This document shows, piece by piece, positions 13,826 through 26,800 of a DNA stretch of 64,000 nt. The first letter of the stretch is position 1, and each line of letters opens with the position of its first letter. A program made the translations under genes and the position numbers. The stretch is from Octopus sinensis. Lineage: Eukaryota. The notes beneath the pieces are model-generated. The model ran no database searches. It saw nothing but the letters and a program-made list of their open reading frames with translations, and had not been told where the DNA came from. The DNA is taken from contig NC_043008.1 in assembly GCF_006345805.1 (NCBI RefSeq), positions 32,736,001-32,800,000 of the forward strand. The letters run 5' to 3'.

Positions 13826-14283
13826 ATAGTCTATAGTGTGTGTGTGTGTTTTATATATTTAATATTGTTAACCAAATGTGGAAGACTACTATTCAATTAA
13901 GCCCCAATGCATTTTAGAACGTGTAGTGCATATTCATTAATTTTCATTTAGTCCTAACGGTATTTAGGTACACACCTTCACGGGTCAAAATGTATTCACA
14001 GAAATATTTTGCAATATATGTACAAAGAAAACAATTGAAAGAAAATACAACAACAAAACACATAGCTTTAATAAGTTATGCGAGACACAAAACCTTATGA
14101 CTATTATTGAAAAGTAGGACGTTGATATTTACAGTGATAAAGAATAGGAAATAAAAGGAACTATAACAGAAAGGTAAATACAATATGATTTATATAACCG
14201 CCATACCCTTTTACAATTAAATTTACGGTAACCTTTAAAATACTTTTTTTTTTAAATTCATCAATATTTTACATATTGTAAGT

Positions 14284-14502
14284 TGGCGAGCTGGCAGAAT
14301 CGTTAACACGCTGGGGAAAATGCTTAACGGCATTTCGTCCATCTGTACGTTCTGAGTTCAAATTCCACCAAGGTCGATTTTGCGTTTCATCCTTTCAGGA
14401 TCGATATAATAAGTATCAGTTGAGTACTGGGGTCGGTGCAACCGATTTAGCCCCTTCCTCGAGACTGCTGGCTTTGTTACAATAATAATTCGAAACCAAT
14501 AT
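14284..14502 (+). mobile_element. SINE family A
   Basis: GGCGAGCTGGCAGAATCGTT..TTCTGAGTTCAAATTCC..GGTCGATTTTGCGTTTCATCCTTTCAGGATCGATATAATAAGTATCAGTT..CTGGGGTCG. Confidence 0.85.
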
Positions 14503-15044
14503 CTTACATATTGAGGGCACTATTATGTTTTTTTGTTTGCTTAGTAGATATTTATATATTTCGAAACAATATGTTTTGATAATAATAATTCAATTTGTTC
14601 TTGTCTGGAATAATGTATCTCGAAGCACACACATAAAACTATAAACAATAGCATGTAAATATTGAGTTGAAAAGACCTTTTGGATAGAATAGTTCGAAGG
14701 GAGCTCATCTTTGTATTTATGCAAATAATTAATCGTTTATCTGTATTCAAATTCATTTACCATGATATTATATTTTTATTATTGTATTTATTTCTTCAAA
14801 TTCCGCCGAGGTCGACTTTACTTTACATTATTACGAAGTTAACAAAATAAGTACCAGTTGAACACGGGGTTGATTTAATTGACATACTCTCTTCCCCAAA
14901 ATTGCTGGCATTGTGCCAAAATTTGAAATCGTCATATTTATTTCTACACACTACCTTAAAACAAAGACTAAATCCGGCACTTTTGTCTATTATGCAGTAA
15001 CTGAGAATATCTTTGCGGTAGTTTTAAAAAAATGAATGTCATCA

Positions 15045-15410
15045 GTATAGAGGTTGCGTTATAAAAATCGTATCAACTTAGAGGATCATGTTTCGTGGTT
15101 GCAGGACCCGCTTCTGCTCAAGATCATACTGTATGGCAAATACTCTATCAACCGCCGAGACAGAGAGACAGAGAAGTACAAGGTTTCTCTGAAGAAATTC
15201 CTTGGTGCCTATCATACTGACCAACGTCAATGGTCTAATATTGCCTCCGATCTTGCGGCCTGGTAACACTCCATTCATTAGTCTGTCTCCTTCTTCAAGA
15301 AAGCACGCAGGGCTGGTCTTTGGGACATAAAAAGATAGATGAAGAAGCGTGTTGCTGCAGCAACACAGCCAGAACAGTATTTCTATTTCAGTTGATGTGA
15401 CCAGGCCTTG
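15045..15410 (+). mobile_element. 3' fragment of an RTE-clade LINE
   Basis: Translation HVSWLQDPLLLKIILYGKYSINRRDRETEKYKVSLKKFL..WSNIASDLAAW resembles the RTE C-terminus (GHVxRM..RLPKxILYGEL..KRYKDxLK..W..A.DR..W); followed by a (TATC)n tail. Confidence 0.7.
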
Positions 15411-15493
<83 letters not shown>

Positions 15494-15494
15494 G

Positions 15495-15725
15495 TGGAGG
15501 CGCGTGGCTTAGTGGTTAGGGTATCAGCTCCATGATCGTAAGGAGTGTGGTTTCGATTCCTGAACTGGGCGACGCGTTGTGTTCTTGAGCAAAAACACTT
15601 CATTTCACGTTGCTCCAGTCGACTCAGCTGGCAAAAATGAGTAACGCTGCGATGGACTGGCGTCCCGTCCAACCGGGGAACACATACGTCATAGAAACCG
15701 GGAAACCGGGCCCATGAACCTGGCA
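15495..15725 (+). mobile_element. tRNA-headed SINE, family C
   Basis: GGAGGCGCGTGGCTTAGTGGTTAGGG (A box), GGTTTCGATTCCTG (B box), GTTGTGTTCTTGAGCAAAAACACTTCATTTCAC. Confidence 0.85.
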
Positions 15726-16455
15726 CATCTTATTTTATTTTATCTATCTATCTATGCGTGTACTCATACACACACACACACACACACACAAACGCACACA
15801 CACACATACACATATGTACGACGGGCTTTTGTCTACAAAATTCACTCCCTAGGCTTTAGTCGGTCCGAGCTGGCTCACAATGGGAATGAACCCGACACCA
15901 CGTGTTGGTAAAACGAACTTCTCAATTCATACGGCTTTGCCTACGCATACTAACAAATATCATACACATCTTAATCTATACATCTTTTATCATTTATCAT
16001 ATTATATGCATCCCATAATAAACGCTTACTGCTACATACATATGATTTCATACTCTTATCTCTAGATACGCACATATCATTTTTATATATATATACCTGC
16101 CATCACTTACATGCGTCATTGTCATTAATCATTTTAAATAAATTAAACCGGAAAATTCCTTTCAAATGTGATGATGTGTGAATATACCCGCGCGCTTGTG
16201 TATTTTCACCTCAGTATGTAGCATACGCGTGGGCGCATATATATGGGTGCACGAAAAGTTTAAATGTATCTGTCGAAAACTTCATACCTAATATATACAT
16301 ATAAACTTGTAAACATACAAACTTGAAAAAAATATATGAAGAAACATATGATAAATTATCCATACAATGTCTTTGAAATGTCAGCTTATAAATATACAAG
16401 CAGTTTTTTTTCCTTCAGTATATGTAGATAATTATACACACACACACATACATAA

Positions 16456-16509
<54 letters not shown>

Positions 16510-16843
16510 ATGTATGTTCACATAGATATCTTGGTTTAGCAACATCAACTGTTGATTACTCTAACATGAACTGTAATACCTCAACGCCGCCTGTCGAGTT
16601 TAACACTAACCAAGCAGTAAATAGTTTATGTAAACTCGGTATTTGTTTATATATTATGTTTACTGTTTTTTTATCGTTGTTGCCATTATTTTGCTGCTAC
16701 AATCTAAAAAACAAGAAACATTTCTTTATGTATTTGTTTTCCAGATATCATTTATATATTGTTTTCTACATTGTAAGTTTATTTTTTACAGTTGTAAACG
16801 CTATTTATTATCGGTATAAGAATTATCATTATCGTTATTATTA

Positions 16844-16894
<51 letters not shown>

Positions 16895-17155
16895 TATTAT
16901 TATCATCATAATAATAATCATCATATTCACTGTTGAACAAGACAGACGTAAATTAAGAACACCCGAAGTAAGTTTTGTTTAAAAGTTTTATTTACACCCG
17001 TTTGTTGCTCATATTTTCGTTTAAACATTGTTCCAGATTGTTAATAGAAACACTAGGACCTGGCACTGGATTCCTTTGTTTGTTTAGCAACTAGTGGGGC
17101 TATATTCAGCCCAAATAAATTCGGTGGGCGTTTTAATCCAATATTAGTAAACAAG

Positions 17156-19207
17156 ATGGCGGATCACATCTTGGAAGGGTTAAGAAAAAAATGTTCCTCC
17201 AGGAAAAAAGTTTTGAATGCTGAAGATTTTCTTTCTCTTCTATCTGTTACTGACGACATTGCAGGAGAGAGGGGGAGAAAAAGAAGGGCAGAAAAGTCCA
17301 AAGTGGTAGCAGCAGTGAAAACCAAAAGGCTTTTAGCCGGTTTCCCAGAGGAACTATATCCGGAGCCCGGGTCACTGGGCTACCAACAGCTACAGGAGCG
17401 TTAGTAACCCCGCTCTTTTTTCTTTTCCTCAACCCTTTTGAGCCGTCATGGCGAATATCAGAGTGGGCTGCATAAATGTTTGCGGCCTGAGGTCACCCTG
17501 GAAGCAGGGTCGCTTGGTCAATGATCTCAGGTCGCTAGGTTTGGATCTGATAGCAGCCAGTGAGACCATAATTTCCGGCACTCATGATCTTGCACCCATT
17601 TCCGACGATTATGAGATTTACGCATCTCTTAGTCGGCCCGGAATGGGAGGCGGAGTGGCAGTGTTGTTTAGGAAAGGCCTGGATCTCGAAGTTCAGACGA
17701 TCTTCCTGGACCAGGAGGGTAAGTTGGTGGTCCTGGACATGAACGACAGTGAAAGTGGTGCCTTTAGACTAGTCGCTGTTTACCTCCCCACGTGGGCGGG
17801 GCAGCCAGATTTCTTCAGACGTTTAGAGATTTCTCTTGGGACGTTACGCTCTTTAATGTTAGTGGATGACTGGAACGGCAGCTTGGACGCACGCCTAGAT
17901 AGGATAGGGCAAGCTGATAAGATAGGGCAAGCTGATAGGAGAGGTGGGGAGGGGGTAAAAGCCCCCACACATCCTCTCAGCCATTTCCAGTTGGCTGATA
18001 GGTATCGACTGGATTTCCCGAATGCACCAATTTTGACATGGACGAACCGCACCGGGTCTTTCTGATCGTATCTAGGTAGAGTATTCTGTAAGCCCGTAGA
18101 TAGAAGTAGTAAAAGTTGTCCACGTTTCAAAGTCGTCGGCTACACGGGCCATAAATTTGTGATCTGTACGGTCGACATAGATAGGACCCAAAGACAGGAC
18201 CCCGGATACTGGACTGAACGCGTCCTTCGCGGCGCGCCAAGCTTTCAGAGACCGGTTTAGCAAGTTAGTCCATCGAAAATTGGCGGGTGCAATCGTCAAC
18301 AGCCGTCGGTGGATAGCCCTGAAAAGGTCCAGTAGAGGCGGTAGGTTTTAGTAAGGAAATACCGTTAGAGGAATCTAGAATAGAGGGAGACCTAATTAGG
18401 AAGCTAGAAGAGGCACTTAGGAAAGGCAAAACGACCGACGCGGTAGTGGCGAGATTGGCTTTTCATGAATTCTACAATGCCAAGCATGAAAGTTCCGTTG
18501 TCAGAGATAGGTTGCGTGCACTGAGACGGGAGGGGACGAAGGCCGTTGGATGGGCACGGGTGGCAGAGGCACTTCGTGAAAACAAAACAGCAATTCGGTC
18601 TTTGGCGAGCTATGATGGGCACATGATAGCCGAGTTCAAGCAGATGTGTGCGGAATCTCAGCAGTGCTTCGCCGAACTGTATGGGACGCGCAGTTGTTCT
18701 GGGACGATAGTGGATTTCACCTCCGATCTCAGTGGCATGCTGCGCCTCTCAACCAGGAATGCAGAGTTCTGAAAACTGCCGATAACAGCCGGGACTCGAT
18801 GAAGATCTGTAACAAGAGAGAAGTCTCCGGGGTGGGATGGTCTGCCCTTCGAGCTTTATTTTCATATACCAGACTTGTTCGGTGGTCTCTTGGTAGACGC
18901 CTACCACAACTGGCAGCAGAACGGGAGAATTCCTAGTGCTGTGGGCCGTGGAGTTCTTACGTTGTTGAGGAAGGAACCGAACAATTTTAGGCCGGTATCT
19001 CTGCTGAATGCAGATTATAAGATTTTGGCCAAGGTGTTAGCCAACAGGTTGGCGCTTGTCGTCGATAATTTGGTTGGTGACGCGCAGACATGCGATATCC
19101 CAAATAGGACTACCTACGACAACCTCTATCTCACGCGATACATCATAGAGAGGGTGGGGTCCTGATCGATTTGGATTAATCTAAAGCTTTTAATTGGGTC
19201 GACCACC
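17156..19207 (+). mobile_element. Decayed Tx1/L1-clade non-LTR retrotransposon (putative ORF1 tail, APE endonuclease, 5' part of RT)
   Basis: ORF 17448: IRVGCINVCGLR..IAASET..GGGVAVL..FRLVAVYLP..LVDDWN (APE). ORF 18875: NFRPVSLLNADYKILAKVLANRL..AQTCDIPNRT..DNL, then LIDLD*SKAFNWVDH (RT domain). Multiple stops and frameshifts. Confidence 0.92.
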
Positions 19208-19930
19208 AGACTTTGTGGAGTTCACACTGAAGAAATCACCCACATCATAAGCAGTTGTCAGAAAATGTTATCACAGTATTATCTACCGATGAGACATAAC
19301 ATTGTAGCTATAACACTCTATAATGAAATCTGTCGGAAGGATAATCTCGAGGACAAAGAAATGAAAACCCATAATATGGTAGTATCCATAGCCACTCATA
19401 ATGAAAAGGAATGCCGATGGAATGTACTAGTGAAGACTTCAATAAAATCTAAGCATAACAGACCTGATGTAAGGATTTGGGATAAGAAGACAAAGTGTGC
19501 ACAGTGTGGAAATTAGCTGCCAGCGGATGTTAACATAAAGGTGAAGAGCAATGAAAAAGAGAACATTTGTGCTGAGTTACTCTATCCAGATTACAAATTC
19601 AGGTATATACCTGTAATTATTGGGGTCCTGGGATATGTAACACACTGCCTAAATACCAATCTTGAGAAATTAGGCTTCTCAAAACCAGAACGGAGAAAGC
19701 TAATTTGAAGACTACAGATCCAATCCATCACTGGAACTGTAAAAATCTGTAAAACTATCCAAAAGTATATCATTGAAATATATATGAGCATGCTTAGATA
19801 TGTAGCCATATATATGATAATACATACATAAAACATACTAATTTGCACAAACATACAGTCTAGGTTAGAAACCAGTTTTTTTTTTCTCCATTGGCAAGAA
19901 ATCTTGAAATAAACTGAATAATGACAAACG
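19208..19930 (+). mobile_element. 3' end of an RLE-type (R4/Dong/NeSL-like) non-LTR retrotransposon
   Basis: RLCGVHTEEITHIISSC (CCHC knuckle lacking the first Cys), RHNIVA, KHNRPDVRIWDKK (PD..D RLE), IPVIIGVLG; 3' UTR ends GGCAAGAAATCTTGAAATAAACTGAATAATGA followed by TACATACA. Confidence 0.82.
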
Positions 19931-19971
19931 TACATACACACACGCATGCACATACACACACAAAATATATA

Positions 19972-21235
19972 CGAGGGACGTTCAATAAGTAATGCCTCTG
20001 ACCCACTTGCATGTGCAATCATTTATATCTCTATAGGGTAAGTGGCAAATTACAGCTCTGAATTAATTGTGGTTTCTGATTTACAGGTGTTTGAACCGAG
20101 TCAAGTGTGAAATGGAGCCTGTTGAGTGTCGAGCAGTGATCCGGTTTTTGTATTTGAAAGGATGCACACCACGGGAGACTTTTGATGAAATGAAAGTAAC
20201 TTATGGTGATGATGCCCCATCATATGACCTTGTAAAACGCTGGCATCGTGAATTCAAACATGGTCGGAACTCTGTGGAAACAGCTCCCAGATCTGGTCGC
20301 CCCCTTCTGCCATTGATGAGGCATCTGTCCGTCAAGTTGAGGCTGCCATTTTGGAAGATCGACGCATAATTATTCGCCAAATAGCCCATGAGGTCAAGAT
20401 TAGTACCGGGTCTGTGGAAACTATCATTCATGACCATTTGCATATGCAAAAGGTGTCTGCCAGATGGATTCCCAGGTTGCTCACGCCTTTCCAGAAGCAA
20501 GAACGCGTCGAGTGCTCGAGGTTGAATTTGGAGATGTGCCAAGAAGATGAATCAAAATTTTTCAAAAGACTGATTACACAGGATGAAACCTAGGTCCATC
20601 ACGATGATCCAGAGACCAAAGCCCAGTCAATGCAGTGGAAGCACCGTGACTCACCCCCTCCAAAGAAGGCAAGGGTGCAGCCCTCCGCTGGCAAGGTCAT
20701 GCTCACAGTCTTCTGGGACCAGGACGGAGTAGTGATGACAGATTTCCTGGCAAAGGGTACCACAATTGCAGGAGCCTATTATGCTTCACTTTTGAGGAAA
20801 TTAAGAGAAGTTATCAAAATCAAGAGGCGGGGCAAGATCAGCAAAGGTATCCTCCTCCTGCAGGACAACGCTCCGGTCCACAACTCGCTTGTCACCAGAT
20901 CAGAAGCACAGGCGTATGGCTATGAACTCCTCCCCATCCCCCCTACTTTCCTGACCTTGCACCCTCTGATTTTCACCTCTTCCCAATCATGAAGTTGTTT
21001 TTGAAAGGAAAGCGTTTCTCAGATGATGCAGCCTTGATTTCTGAAGTCACGTCGTGGTTGGGGGACCAAGCTGGGTTCTTCTACAAAAACGGTCTCCAGA
21101 GCCGCATCAAACGATGGGAGAAATGCGTAACTCTGGGTGGTTCCTATGTAGAAAAAGACTAATAACTGTGCCAAGTTTCGTTGCTCTACTGCTATGGGAA
21201 GTGGGTCAGGGGCATTACTTATTGAACGCCCCTCG
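19972..21235 (+). mobile_element. Full-length mariner (DD34D) transposon, 1264 bp
   Basis: 37-bp TIRs CGAGGG(A/G)CGTTCAATAAGTAATGCC(T/C)CTGACCCACTT with 2 mismatches; TA duplicated at 19970-71 and 21236-37. Confidence 0.95.
20112..21162 (+). pseudogene. Mariner transposase pseudogene
   Basis: MEPVECRAVIRFL..RSGRP, WIPRLLT, TQDET (then TAG), LQDNAPVH, PYFPDLAPSDF, RWEKCVTLGGSYVEKD*. Frameshifts near 20300 and 20940 and one premature stop at about 20591. Confidence 0.92.
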
Positions 21236-21371
21236 TATGATTTGGTAAAATCTATAAAGCTTAGAATAAATATACTGAGACATTTGATTCATGTTTTGAT
21301 TGGGAATTCACACGGGATCGACTTCGCCATTTATTCTTTAGCAGACGATCAAATATCCACCAACCAAATAC

Positions 21372-21422
21372 CGAGGTCATTGAGATTGCACACAGGGACG
21401 TCAAAACACTCGTGCTCCTCTG
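21372..21422 (-). CDS. Candidate orphan 51-nt phase 1-1 exon (xEEHECFDVPVCNLNDL)
   Basis: Acceptor TTTCTAACATTAG| and donor CTCG|GTATTT, open frame with two Cys. No partner exon confirmed. Confidence 0.2.
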
Positions 21423-22616
21423 CTAATGTTAGAAATTATTATTATGAATAATAATCGTTGTCAAGAGATGCTCTTTGTTCGTCTGTTTTGTCGAAGTAAC
21501 ACAGACACATCAATCTGATCTGCTCGCTCACCGAACACTCAGACAATGCTTCTACATAATTTTCCTGACCATTTAATAAATAACAAAGTCGATTATTTCA
21601 CAAATGTCTGTGTTATTTTGTTAGAGACAGTATTTGGTCACGGGCAACTTAACATGACACAAGCGTGATCATAGAATTATCACGATACTACGAAGACTAA
21701 CGAAAAAGAAACATACTAGTCAAGATGGCAAAACGATATTGTGCTGTTGTTGTTGTTGGTTACACAAATTGTGGTAATTGAACAATTAATTTTTGTTACA
21801 CTTATTGTCTTGCTTATAAGTTGGTCTATAGCAGGGGAGCGTGTCCATACATGGTGAGATCAATATGGATTTAAGAAAAAATTATGAGCATGTCTGGAGA
21901 GGAAGGACTGAGATCGATTTGGTTGATGCTGAATTTGATCAACGTTGAGATCAATATCTGGACGGAAAATGTGGGTAGGAAGGGAAACGATGATATAGCC
22001 CGAATGTTTACAAGAAAACGAACTCCAGTAACGGCAATCAAGTGCTGATATTATATGGAGTGGTGCGTTAGGGTTATCATAGAATCGCAGTGTGAAACAG
22101 AATGCTTTACAATTGCCACGTCATTTTCCATTCTACATCTAAATCCCTCTGAATGTTATTATACATTTCATTCTTCTGGAGTTGGTAAAATAAGCAATAC
22201 AGGATAGGATAATTTAAATCGACTATGTCCGCCCTCAAAATGTACCAGACCTTAGAAATCATTTATACCACCACCACCAACAACAACAACAACGACGACA
22301 ACAACAACAACAATAATAATAATAATAACAATAATAATAGTAATAATAAAAAGATTGTCTTAACTGGTACATCACACGTATTGAGAAGAGCATTGTCGAT
22401 GTGAGAACTGTTGCTGCTCATGTATTTTAATTTAACTTAAAAAAAAAATAATAATAAAAATGAACGAACTACTGAGTTTGGTTTAATGGCCTACCAATGA
22501 ATACTATGAGTTTCTTTGCCCTAGGAGTCGGGAAGACACTCGGCAAGAAATGGAAGCAAATTTGAAAGAAGAAAAAAAAAGTAATAATAATAGTAATAAT
22601 AATAGTAATAATAATA

Positions 22617-22675
<59 letters not shown>

Positions 22676-22684
22676 CGTTTCAAA

Positions 22685-22870
22685 TGTTGAGAATTTCGGG
22701 GTAAGGGATAAGTCGATTACATCAACCCTTGTGCTCAACAGGAACTTATTCCATCAACCCCGAAAGGATGAAAGGCAAAATCGACCTCGGCGGAATTTGA
22801 ACTCAGAACGTAAAAACGACCGCGAAGCATTTTGCCCGGCCTGCTAACGATCCTGTCAGATCGACGTCTT
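22685..22870 (-). mobile_element. SINE family A
   Basis: Plus strand reads CCCGAAAGGATGAAAGGCAAAATCGACCTCGGCGGAATTTGAACTCAGAACG, the reverse complement of the family core; lies next to (TAA)n. Confidence 0.85.
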
Positions 22871-23461
22871 CAATAATAATAATGATATTTTAAATTTTGT
22901 CACAGACCATCAATTTTTGTGGAAGGGGGATACTCGATACCGTCGGCCCTCAGTACCTGGCTGGTTCTTGAAAGGATGGGCGACGAAGTCACCCCTGGTG
23001 AATAATAAACTCAGAATGTGAAAGAACTGAATGAAAACCGTTAAGCATTTATTCTTTGCCCTCCATCACAAAACGCGACATCACTCCGTTGGCCAAGTGG
23101 CTAAGTTCTGGGTTCTTTGCTACATCTTCCAGTGTAATCCAAAAGAAGATCTCCCTGGTGATCCTAAATCAAATTTTCCTTTTGTTTCATTTTATGTCGA
23201 AGCAGGTTCGCCAATGCTACATGTCCAACCAGGGTGGAACTCTTTCTCTAATTTAACACAACGCGTTCTTCGTCCTAAATATATTGGGTAGGGATAAGTT
23301 ATATTTTTACTTTAAGTAATATTGTTAAATGCTTTTCGATCACTTATAGTTAATACACGTATTTTTTATATTTTAATATTTTATATTTTTTATATTTGAT
23401 AATTAGTATGAGTTAAGAAAAGTACATTATTCTATTATTATTATTAATTATTTATTATTCT

Positions 23462-23581
23462 AGACCTGATGAGTGACTGTATTTTTAAATAGAATTAATT
23501 TTAGTTCGATTTAATTTTAAATCGAATTGATTTTATTATCATTATCTATTTGAAAATATAGCCACGAAACGTGTGTTGTCT
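23462..23581 (+). ncRNA. Type-I hammerhead ribozyme (Penelope-like)
   Basis: AGAC-CTGATGA-[GTGACTGTATTTTTAAATAG..CTATTTGAAAATATAGCCAC; 19 of 20 bp pair including G-U]-GAAA-C-GTGT-GTT|GTCT. Stem I is AGAC/GTCT, with a nested hairpin TTCGATTTAA/TTAAATCGAA in stem II. Confidence 0.72.
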
Positions 23582-23707
23582 TTTTACTACTATTTACTAT
23601 TTATTGTACCTTATTGATTTTTAGAATAAGATTTTCATAATAAATGTTTTCTATATGGTGTGAATAACATCTTTCTTTATTGAATTGTTCAATAGTGGTG
23701 TTTCTCT

Positions 23708-23792
<85 letters not shown>

Positions 23793-23950
23793 TGTGTGTG
23801 TGTGTATGTGTGTGTGTATGAGTATATATATATGCATGTATGTATGTATGTATACGACTGTTATTAAAGATAAATTTACAAATTTTAGAAAAGAAGTAAT
23901 TGCTAAATAAAACTGGATACAATTTTCTATCCTCCTTTATTATAAATCAG

Positions 23951-23983
<33 letters not shown>

Positions 23984-24165
23984 TAGATAGATAGATAGAT
24001 AGATATATATGGCCTGAGGAAGCACAACTAGATCCCATAATACATGGAAGCAGTTGCATAATCAAGTACTTGCACGCCTGAAGAGCTACGTTGAATGGAA
24101 ACAATTGTAGTCATTAAAAAATAAATATCCAACCGTACTCCTTCTTGTTGACTCCAAATGTTTTC

Positions 24166-24221
<56 letters not shown>

Positions 24222-24225
<4 letters not shown>

Positions 24226-24407
24226 TTTTACTTGTTTCAGTCATTTGACTACGACCAAGCTGGAGCACCGCTTCTAGTCGAACAAATCGACCGCAGGACT
24301 TTTTCTTTGTAAGCCTGTAACTTATTCTATCGGTCTCCGAACCGCTAAGTAACGGAGACGTAAACACACCAACATCTGTTGTGAAGCGATGGTGGAGTGA
24401 CAGACAC

Positions 24408-24442
<35 letters not shown>

Positions 24443-24585
24443 CACATATTTATATATACGACGGGCTTCTTTCAGTTTCCGTCTACGAAATCTTCTCACA
24501 AGGCTTTGGTTGGTCCGAGGCTATAGTAGAAGACACTTGCCCGAGGTGCCACGCAGTGGGACTGAACGCGGAACCACACACCTAC
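24222..24585 (-). mobile_element. SINE family B with internal (CA)n/(TA)n
   Basis: Reverse complement of the family-B body and tail; head partly disrupted. Confidence 0.85.
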
Positions 24586-24922
24586 GCATATGTATAGGCA
24601 TATATACCACACAACCACGCATATGTATATGCATGTATATCTACATCTGTTTATTTATCTATATATCTATCTATTTATCTTTCTATCTATTTATCTATCT
24701 TCATATATATATATATATAATCTGTCTGAATGCATGTATATACATACACATTTGTAGATGTGTACAAATGTACGTGGACAGCATGCATAATACACACGCA
24801 CATGAGTATAGTGTATATACATGTACTTAATTGCTTAAGTTCGGACGATATCTGTATGTGAGTGTGTGTGGGTGTGGGTGTGTTTATGTGTGTATGTGTG
24901 TGTGTATGTGTGTGTGTGTGTG

Positions 24923-24964
<42 letters not shown>

Positions 24965-25444
24965 AATCATTCACCCTTCACATTTTTACACGCCATTTTG
25001 ATATTTCCTGTTGCATATGTTGAACAAGACATCATGTAGACTGTAGCTTACCTGCAGTAAAACGTACCCATTTTACCAAGATGATTATGATGATGGTGAT
25101 GGTGGTTGTGGCGGCGGCGGCGGCGTAGATGGTGGTAGTGGTGGTGATGATGATGAAGAAGAGGGGGAGAATTCATATCAACCCATTCACTTCAATATAG
25201 AGAGGAAGTTGTTCTGAAATAATGCACTAACATATAACAGTTCATCTTTTTAACGCTCACTTCAACAATCTTCTTCTTTATCCTACACCTCTTACACCAC
25301 CCTCACCACCACCCTCCACTCCCCCATTATGTGCAAGTGTCTGCATAAGTGCATTTCATTCATGTCAGTATTATGTTACCTGTTTATATAAGTGCGTGTG
25401 CATCTGTAATGCATCTGTGTGCACCAATATGCATTTGTATAACT

Positions 25445-25735
25445 TATCTTTTACTTGTTTCACTCATTGGAAAGTATCTATTATGAGGGACCACCTTAAA
25501 GGGATTTGGTCTAATATAATTGACCTCAGTCGATTTTCTTAAACATGTACTTATTCTGTCAGTATCTTAGCCGAAATACTAAGTTATGCAGACGTAAACA
25601 AACTAACACCGTTTGTCGAGTGATTAAGGGACAAACACAGAAAAACCTCCCACTCTTCAGCACATAAAGTGTCTCCTGCTACTATAGCTCAGGCTCGTGA
25701 GTGGATTTAGTAGATGGAAACTGAAAGAAGCCAGT

Positions 25736-25776
<41 letters not shown>

Positions 25777-25980
25777 TATAAAGATTTGTGTGTGTATCTG
25801 TTTTGTCCCCCCTCCATCACTTGACAACCGATGTTGGTGTGGTTACGTCCCAATAACTTAGCGGTTCGGCAAAAGTGACCCACAGAATAAATACTAGTCT
25901 TACAAAGAATAAGTCATGGGGTCGATTTGTTCGAGTAAAAGCGGTGTTCACTCAAATGACTGAAACAAGCAAAAGAAATA
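25445..25980. mobile_element. Two family-B SINE pieces in opposite orientation (minus tail 25445-25640; plus body and tail 25650-25980)
   Basis: ATCTTTTACTTGTTTCACTCATT.. (minus tail), then GAGTGGATTTAGTAGATGGAAACTGAAAGAAGCC..(TA)n..GACTGAAACAAGCAAAAG (plus). Confidence 0.7.
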
Positions 25981-26038
25981 TATACATATACATACATATA
26001 TATATATACATACACACATACAAACATGCACATATATA

Positions 26039-26145
<107 letters not shown>

Positions 26146-26311
26146 CTGGCTTTGAAAAATAAGTGTAGCGTCAATACAGTCAACTAAATTTTAATTCTTC
26201 AAGGCAGTTCCACTGTTGGACCGCAGTCTAATGACTGAAAGAAGTAAAAGATAAACTACACACAGCTATCGACTCTCAGGAGTAGAAGGAAATATTTTGA
26301 ATTTCAGTTTT

Positions 26312-26510
26312 AGGCGCAGGTATGACTGTGTGGTTAGAAGGTCGCTTTGAAACTGCGTGGTTTTGATTTCAGTCCCACTGCCCGGCACCATGGGAAAGTG
26401 TCTTCAACTGCAACAACCCCCGCCGACCGATACCTTTTGAGTGAATTTGGCAGACGGTAACTCTGATGGAGAAGCCCATCGTGTGTATATATATATATAT
26501 ATATATGTGC

Positions 26511-26543
<33 letters not shown>

Positions 26544-26800
26544 GTTGTGTATGTGTGTGTGTCTTTGCGTCTGTCCCCGCCAACCACCACTTGACAATTA
26601 GTATTGGTTTGTTTACGTCCCCATAACTTAGCGGTATGGGAAAATAGATAAATAGAATAAGGTTCAGACTTTAAATGAACAAAAAGAGAAATAAGTACTG
26701 GAGTCGTTCCTTTCTTTTTTTTTTTTCTTTGTTCCAGTAAACCATCCTTCAAAGTAATGCCCCAGCTGGCCACAGTTCAAGTGACTGAAACAAATAAGAG
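26312..26800 (+). mobile_element. SINE family B with internal (TA)n(GT)n
   Basis: AGGCGCAGGTATGACTGTGTGGTTAGAAG head through GTGACTGAAACAAATAAGAGATAAA tail. Confidence 0.8.
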
